DNA from: the human T2T-CHM13v2.0 reference genome, Homo sapiens
Length of the DNA: 64,000 nucleotides
Assembly: GCF_009914755.1 (NCBI RefSeq)
Contig: NC_060925.1
Direction: 5' to 3' (one strand)
The notes beneath the pieces were generated by a model, which saw nothing but the letters and a program-made list of their open reading frames with translations, ran no database searches and had not been told where the DNA came from. The number at the start of each line of letters is the position of its first letter. Position 1 is the first letter of the stretch. Below, in pieces: positions 55,981-64,000 of the stretch. Position numbers and translations under genes: made by a program.

Positions 55981-58664
55981 AATCGGTCAAGGAGTTATTG
56001 GAGTCAAGAGAGGCAAGTGAGGGAAAGAAGGGGCTAGTGGCAGTGGTGGTGTAGGGTGGGCATGGGGAGGGTTATGAGAAGCAACAGCTTTTCCTTCTGC
56101 CCTATGAGGAGCAGGAGAGGGACAGCTTCGAGAGGAGGGAGACTGTTTTCTGTAGCCGAAAACAGTCTTGCAGCTCTTGACTGGGTCTTTGGCCTCTTGT
56201 AGACCCAGGTGCAATGCAGAATTGCCTCCATTTCCCCTCTAGACTCCTACCAGCTGCTCCCCTGTCCTGGCCACAAGAAAGTCCTGCCCTAAGGGCACTG
56301 CTGGTCTGGAATGGCATCTTCCTTGTCCTCAGGTTTCTGCTGCCCTCTCTGCCTGCCCCTCACACCTTAGGGAATACTGACTCCATGGTCAGGCTCCTGA
56401 AGTGCTAACTGTGGACTGGCCAGTCTTGGAGCTCCTGTTTTCCAGCCCCTTCCCTCCATGTTCCTGAGGTCCAGCCTCCAGGCACAACCTGCCCCAAGAA
56501 CAATGCAGGAGAGACCCAGGGCCTGGAGCGGCTGGCCGTGTAGGGACAAGGTGGCAAAAAAGGAAAGAGATTGGGAAGATTGTGGGTTCAGTGGGCACAG
56601 GGGGGCTGGGCAGAGGTCTCCTACCCAGCAGGAGTCTAGGACTGTGGATCAGAGGTGGTGCCAGGGCAGGTGATGTCTGGGCTGGGAGCGTGTGGACTGG
56701 ATTTATTTGTCCAATGCCACACCCCACCCCAGAGCTCTAAGTGCTCAGCATCATAAATAAAACTCACCTAATAAATCTCCCCTGTAAATTTTCTGCGTAG
56801 AATTTCATTACTTGTCTTGTTTCCAGTCATTAGGTTTTAGTCCAATTCGGAGTTGTCCCGATGGCTGTGTAAATCATGCCTGCACCCTGGAGAGCGTGAA
56901 CTGCAGGGAGAAATCACGCCTGGGCCTGCAGGGGTGACAGCTCAAGCCTGAACAGCTGGACCCTGTGGGGAGTCGGCTGCTTGCACTGAGCTCCTCCTAT
57001 TCTCCTTGCCCTGGATGGGGAAGGAACTATCATTAACTGAGCACCTAACGAGTGCCAGGAACTTTATAAACATCATCCTGAATCCTCACACCAGCCCCAC
57101 AAACTAGGAATTACTATCACCATCTTAAAGAATGGAACTGAGGCTGGAAGAAGGGAGGTCATTTGCCTGAAGTTACACAGCTCAGCTGGTTTGTATCTGA
57201 CACAGTCTGGCTTTGAGCTTAGGTTTATCTGGCTCCTACTGCATCTACTGCCTCCTAGTGTCATAGTTAGAAGAGACTGTAGAGAACTTAGCACAGTGCC
57301 ACCCCTTCCACAAGCATTCCTTGGTTACTAGCTAGAGTCAACCCCTCTGTTGTCTGTTTCCTGTACTGACTTTGAACCACTTAGGAGGCTTTGCTCACAC
57401 CCAGTGGCCTTCCATGACTCTCTACCTGCTGTGCTTTCTGATACATGGCTCCTTGGGCTTTTGCACACTCATAGCTATGCATCTAGTTCCAGGACTATTG
57501 AGTTCTTGTTTTTCTTCTTTTCTAAACCATAAGCTCCGTGAGGGTAGCGGCTACACCTGCTTGATTCGCCCGTGTATTTCCAGGATCTAGTATAGTATAC
57601 AGCACATAAAGGTGATGGATAAATTTTTTATCGAGTGACTGGATGGAATAATGAATGAATGAATGTAGTCACACCAGGGAGGAGAAGGAGGAGATGTCAA
57701 TATGGCCACACCTCCTCTGTGCAGGTCAGTTACATTCCCAAAGCCCAGTGGAGGTCTGAGTGGGTAGGGAGGATTCTGGAACCTCATGTCCAGGCCCCAA
57801 CTCAGTGCCAATCTTAGCTTTCACCTCAACATCAAATTTTAGCCCTTGACCCAACTCAAACTCCAAACTTAGCCTCAACTCCTAATCCATTTCCAACTCT
57901 GATCTCAGCCTCAAGTCCAAACTCAACACCTGACCCCACCTCAGCTCCAACCTAATCACAGCCTTCACCTCAGCTATAGCCCCACCCCTATTTCCATTTC
58001 AAAATCAGCTTCTATCTCAGCCACAACTTAAATACAGATCCAACTTCCACCTTAGCCCCCATTCCAGACCTCAACCCCAGCATCACTAGTCAAAAGCAGT
58101 AGCTCCTCCTCACCTGTGAGCAGGGAGCAGCCATGGTCCTCAGATGTTGACTGTCCCATAAGCCTGTCATCCTTTCCCCCACCTGCCTTACAGCTTGGAG
58201 AGGGGAGGAGTCCTGCTGGCCTCTTGTGAGAACTCAGTAATATTTTTCCACACCCGTCTCATGGTTACAGTTCACAAACCACACACATGTCCATCAGCCC
58301 ACCAGGTAGATCCCCTAACCGCTCAGGGAGAGGTCTGCATTTCTTTATGTTACACTGGCAGAAATGGAGGTTATTAAATGCTTTGGCTGGTTTGTGATAA
58401 AGGGGGTGCTCTAAGCCAGCTTTTCTAAGTTTCATGCTGTCCCTAGTCTCCCTGACCTGGGTAGAAGATGAGAGGGGCCCTTGGTTCTGTGTGTGTGGGT
58501 GTAACAGCAGGGACCCCTTACCCCCAGCCCTCAGCACCCTTGGGTGGTCTCCACTAAGGGCTATGACAGAAACATTCTGAATGTTTCCCACCCTGAGCTC
58601 AGGAGAGCTTGTATCAAGAGAGAGGCGAGTGATACAGGACTAGTGAAGTGTGTGGTGGATTTGA

Positions 58665-59140
58665 GGAGTGTTTGGTTAGGGGCCTGGCAGCAAACAGAAT
58701 CTACTCCTAATGGTTTCTATGCAGCGACTGTGATGAATGGGCTACCTACAAAGGCCTGGGTGAAGATTTTAGGAAGCAGCAAGAGAGGTGGGGCTCCAGG
58801 GACTAGCAACAGTCAGAAGCCCTTACCACCTCAAGGGCTGATGAGACGAGGGGAGGGAATGGTGTTGTGGAGGAGGGAATGCCTGGTGCAAGCCGTAGTC
58901 ATGGAGAAACACAGCCACTGCTAAAAATGTTGCCCAGGAAGGAGGGAGTGAGGAGGGAATCCCTGACCTCCCTCTTCCCCTTCCCTCCAACTTCTGCCGG
59001 TGCCTCCCACCAGCTGAACCCAACCAGGGGCACCCAGGCCAGGCAGTTCCCTGGGGTCAGTCTCCTGGGGCACAGCTCAGGGCTGAGAAGGGCAGGGTGT
59101 GAATCTGGGCCAGGGGATCAAATGGAGAATAAACAGCATG
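58665..59140. mobile_element. Old MaLR-type LTR (MLT1-like)
   Basis: cagcaaacagaat...ggactagcaacag..., ending gaatctgggccaggggatcaaatggagaataaacagca. Confidence 0.5.
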
Positions 59141-60277
59141 GGGAGAAAGCAAGAGCAAAGGGCAGGTCTTCCAGGAGAGACAGACAGACAAAGAAAAAGC
59201 AAGGGAGGTGGAGAGTGTGTGAGAGAGGGAGTGAGAAAGGGCTCAGCCATTTGTCTGGGCAGGTCTGCGGAACTCAAATCCGGCTCATCTGCATCTCCTC
59301 AAATAAACTTCTGGGAAGTGAATGCCTGAAGCAGGCAGAGTGCAGAGAAGTCAGCAAATATGTGCGTAGTGAATTCCAAGCCTTCTGTTCCCAGCTCCTG
59401 GGAGGGGCCGCAGTGCCTTGGGGTGTCCTGCCGTGTCTCCATCGGGTCCCCTGCCTGGCTGCTCTAACCCTGAGGAATGGCCTCCATTGTGGGCCTGTGG
59501 AAACAGGGAGAAGAATCTCTTATCCAGCAGGTCTGAGGGCCACAGGAACATAAGTAACACTGAAGAGTGAGGCTGATCCCTGGGGTTTGCGCGAGCCTGC
59601 AAATGCATGATTCAACAGCACTCGCCTGGTGCCTCTGGGAGGCAAGCTGGATGAGGATGTTGTTCCCATTTTATAGATGAGGAAACTGAGGCTCATTGGG
59701 AAGGGACTTTCCCAAGGCTATGTTATGAGTTAGTTGCAGAGCTTTGAACTTGGGCCCAGACTGAGCCTGAAACCTGACCTTACACTGAGTCCCAGCCCCA
59801 GTCCCTGAACATGGTCTCTGAACATGGCTCAGATTTTGCCCCAAAAGCATCTGGACCAGGAGGTTGGAGCGGCCTGGGATACCCCCTGAATACTTTCATA
59901 CTAATTCTGCTATGGACAGATGCCTGCAATCCCCTAGAGGCTTGGACATTTTCCAAAGGAAACTTTTACTGAAGAAAGATCATCTTTATTTATGAAATAC
60001 TTATTCCGTGCTGGGCACCATGCTAAGCACTTTGCATGAATTATCTCATTTAATTCTCTGAACAATTTATAAGTTTGAAACTATCATTATCCTCGTTTTA
60101 CAAATGAAGAAACTGGGGCTCTGCGAGTAACCTTTCCAGTATCCCACAGCTAGTACATAGTGGAGCTAGGATTCAAACCCAGGTCTCGATGCCTCTGTAG
60201 GATTTCATTGTTAAGCTGCACTGCCTAACAGGGACCAGAAATTGTAGTTTTTCTTCTTCTCCTAAAAGCAAACATCC

Positions 60278-60581
<304 letters not shown>

Positions 60582-62959
60582 TTACATATCCCTAACCAGG
60601 AGGGGCCACAGGTGGCCTTGATAGGCACAACTGCCAGGTCTTCCAGCCCTGGCCTGGGCCACACCTGGGCAAGGCCTAGCCAGGCTGTGATAGAGGAGAC
60701 CAAAGAGTGTGCCCTTCCTCACCATGGCCCAGGGGAAGGAGAGCAGATCCAGAAGATCTGTGGGCCATGGAAGGAATATCCTTGGTCTTGCACAGGACAC
60801 AGCATCTGTACTTATTCCATACATGGGTACGGTCCACAAGGTATGGGCATGCTCCACGCTTGTGAGCGATGTCTGTCTGCCTGCCAAAAGAAGCTGCTGG
60901 ATGCATGCAGGGAACTTTTCCCTATCTTCCCAGTGCTGTGCAGTGCTAGGCCTGTGAGAGATCAACCAAAGCCCCAGCTCAGAACTATGGGGAGGAGAGA
61001 TAGGCAAAGGGCACCTTCTAGGAAGATCTGACTAGGGCTGTGCCCCCAGGGAGAGCCCAGGTTTCTTGCTGCCATCTATTCCCCCAAGCAGACCCCTCCT
61101 GGCTCTCCCTGTACATCAATAACTCTCCTCTTGTGTCCCATCCCTAAAGGTTCCCAGGAAGGAAGAGGGGACCCTGGATCCTGACCTTACAATCTGTGGA
61201 TCATGAGGTGTGCAGATGCTGTGCCTGGGAGCCAGAGACATGGCATCTTCTTTGTGATTCTGGGCAAATCCCTTGGCCTCTCTAGTCTCCTTTCCTCCTA
61301 TGCAAAGGGAACTGGCTGGCTTCAGTGATCTCTGGGACTCCTTCACACGAATTTTCCCACTGACTCTCCCGCTCTGAGCCCTGAAGCTTCTCTTCAGCCT
61401 GTCCCTCCCCTCCCCCCTCCAACTTCTGGGCAGAGGCTCTGGCCATGGTGCTGAAGGTGGCCATGGCCTCTGCAGGGTCTTGGAAGACCGGAGGTGAGCA
61501 GGGTACCCACCTCAGGACTTGTGAGGGCAGAGGAAAACTACCCTAATTAAGAATTTACTATGTACTAAGCCCGGTGCTGTTCACTTTACATGCGTTACGT
61601 TGACTGATTACAGTGTCTCTTGGAGGAAGAGATTATCATGGGAAACTGTTTCAGGAACTGTGGGTTCTACACCTTCCAGGAAGCAGAAGGCTGTTCTGAC
61701 TTACTTAGGATTTCAAGTAGCCCTGGCTCCCAGAGATGGTCCTGGGACAATTAAGGGCAGCTGAGAAAACAGTGACATGTAGAAATGGTTGATAAAACTG
61801 TGAGGGAACGTCTGTTGACACTGATTCTGAGCCTGCGGCCAGAGATGAATGATTGAAGCACCAGGCTTGTTAAAGCGAGAGCACGTTTGATTTCTCTCCC
61901 CTGAACTGCATGCGATTTTGCTGGAGGGAAGTTAGCAATCAGCTAATTGACATTGAATTAACCATGAAACTCAGCCCCTGCCTTCTCTCTGAAGCGCTCT
62001 CCAGCAAGACTTTATCAAGGCTTTGAATTATTGATTATTACTTATAGCTCTGATGGGGTGATTTCCTTTTATTTGTTTTCACATTGGGTGTCCTTCATAA
62101 GTGTCCCTGAGAGTGGGAGGCACCCAGATGCAGAGCTTCTTACCAGAGGAGCAGAGGAGAGAAGTCTAAGTCCAGGGAGGACAGGTCTGGACAGTCCATC
62201 CTGACCCAGAGAAATAAATCTGTTATCTGTTAAGCCACGGAGCTTTTTGTTTTGCATTTTTGCTGCTGTTACTGTAGTAAAGCTTAGCCTAATCTGACTA
62301 ACAGGGACTCCGGAGGCCAGGTCCTTTCTGATGCCCCATCATGCCAAGCTTATAGGGTGTGAATGTGGCTGTGCTCCCTGCCCTGCCATTCAAACTCTAT
62401 CTGTAAGGATGCTTACTCGATGCCTACTGCAATTCCTTCAGATACAGGGATTCTTCCACAATATCCAAACCAAATGGCGTTCTGGACTCTGCTTGCATAT
62501 TCCTGGGATGAGAGTACATGCTGTCCTGAGGCAGTAAAAGTGCTCAGCACCCACCGTCCCCTTGGCATCATCCATGTAACTTCTACTGGTTTGGGCTCTG
62601 TCCCATGGAGCCCCACAGAGTAATTTCTTTCTTTTTTTTTTTTGGTCCCATGACAGCCTTACAAGAATCTGGAAAAAAAAAAAAAAGAATCTGAAATTAG
62701 ATATCCAAGGCCTCCTCTCTTCCAGGAAACATCATTTCAACTCTTCACAACACTAAATTTCAAGTCCCATCCCTAACTTGGTCTCTTCTTGTATTGGGAA
62801 TCCAATATGTCTAGGAGCCTCTGGAAATACAATATCTAGAACTGGATTTAACACTCCAGGTATGGCCTGAGAGTGATAGAGCCTAACAGACCCATCACCT
62901 TCTTCAGATTGGGCATTAGACCTTTAATGATGCAGCCTGACTGGGATGAATAGCTTTGT

Positions 62960-63682
<723 letters not shown>

Positions 63683-64000
63683 GGCCCAGCACACTCCTCA
63701 CTCACATTGGGAATTGATTCTATTTCATCATCTGTGTAGTGCCCCATGTTAAGCCCTGTCCCTCCCCAGCTAGACTTTGCTGTGATTCTTATTTATTGGC
63801 TTTGAGCTCCATAAAGTTAGTGACCATGTCTTACTCTTTGTATCTCTCCCAGGGCCTAGTCTGCTGCACAGAGGATGTTCACATTTGTAGAGGAAGGGAG
63901 TAAGAAAAGGAAATTCTGAGTCCATCAAGATAGAAGCAGAAAATATTCCCTAGGATATTTCTCTGGAATGAGGCAATATGGACTCAAATCTCTAGTTCCA

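Noticed and set aside
58867-59553. 228-aa ORF (also the 215-aa ORF at 16323-16970)
   Set aside because: No domain or splice support; the first overlaps an LTR relic.

Overview
Human (primate) genomic DNA, recognisable as the UTP11-POU3F1 locus on chr1p34.3. The left ~10 kb holds coding exons 2-8 and the 3' UTR of UTP11 (+ strand). All splice junctions are GT-AG and the phases join into the C-terminal 232 aa. The intronless class III POU gene POU3F1 (Oct-6/SCIP, 451 aa) lies on the - strand at 30566-31921 inside a ~3.6 kb CpG island. A consensus splice donor at 32792/32793 suggests a divergent + strand lncRNA (probably MIR3659HG). The remainder is non-coding: Alu, MIR, L2, L1, LTR and DNA-transposon relics, microsatellites and several motif-dense, enhancer-like blocks. 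I see no new protein-coding system; the other long ORFs are GC-rich or Alu artefacts. The most interesting signals are four. (1) POU-dimer sites surround the POU gene, including an exact IgH heptamer-octamer (38494-38510) and a perfect MORE+1 palindrome (24641-24655), suggesting an auto- or cross-regulatory POU circuit. (2) A ~300 bp inverted copy of nearby unique DNA is inserted into an LTR16-type solo LTR and carries an extra fold-back hairpin. (3) SoxE-dimer-like sites lie where the Oct6 Schwann cell enhancer is expected. (4) A young AluYb8 sits inside the long UTP11 3' UTR. Repeat family names and repeat boundaries are from visual recognition and are approximate.
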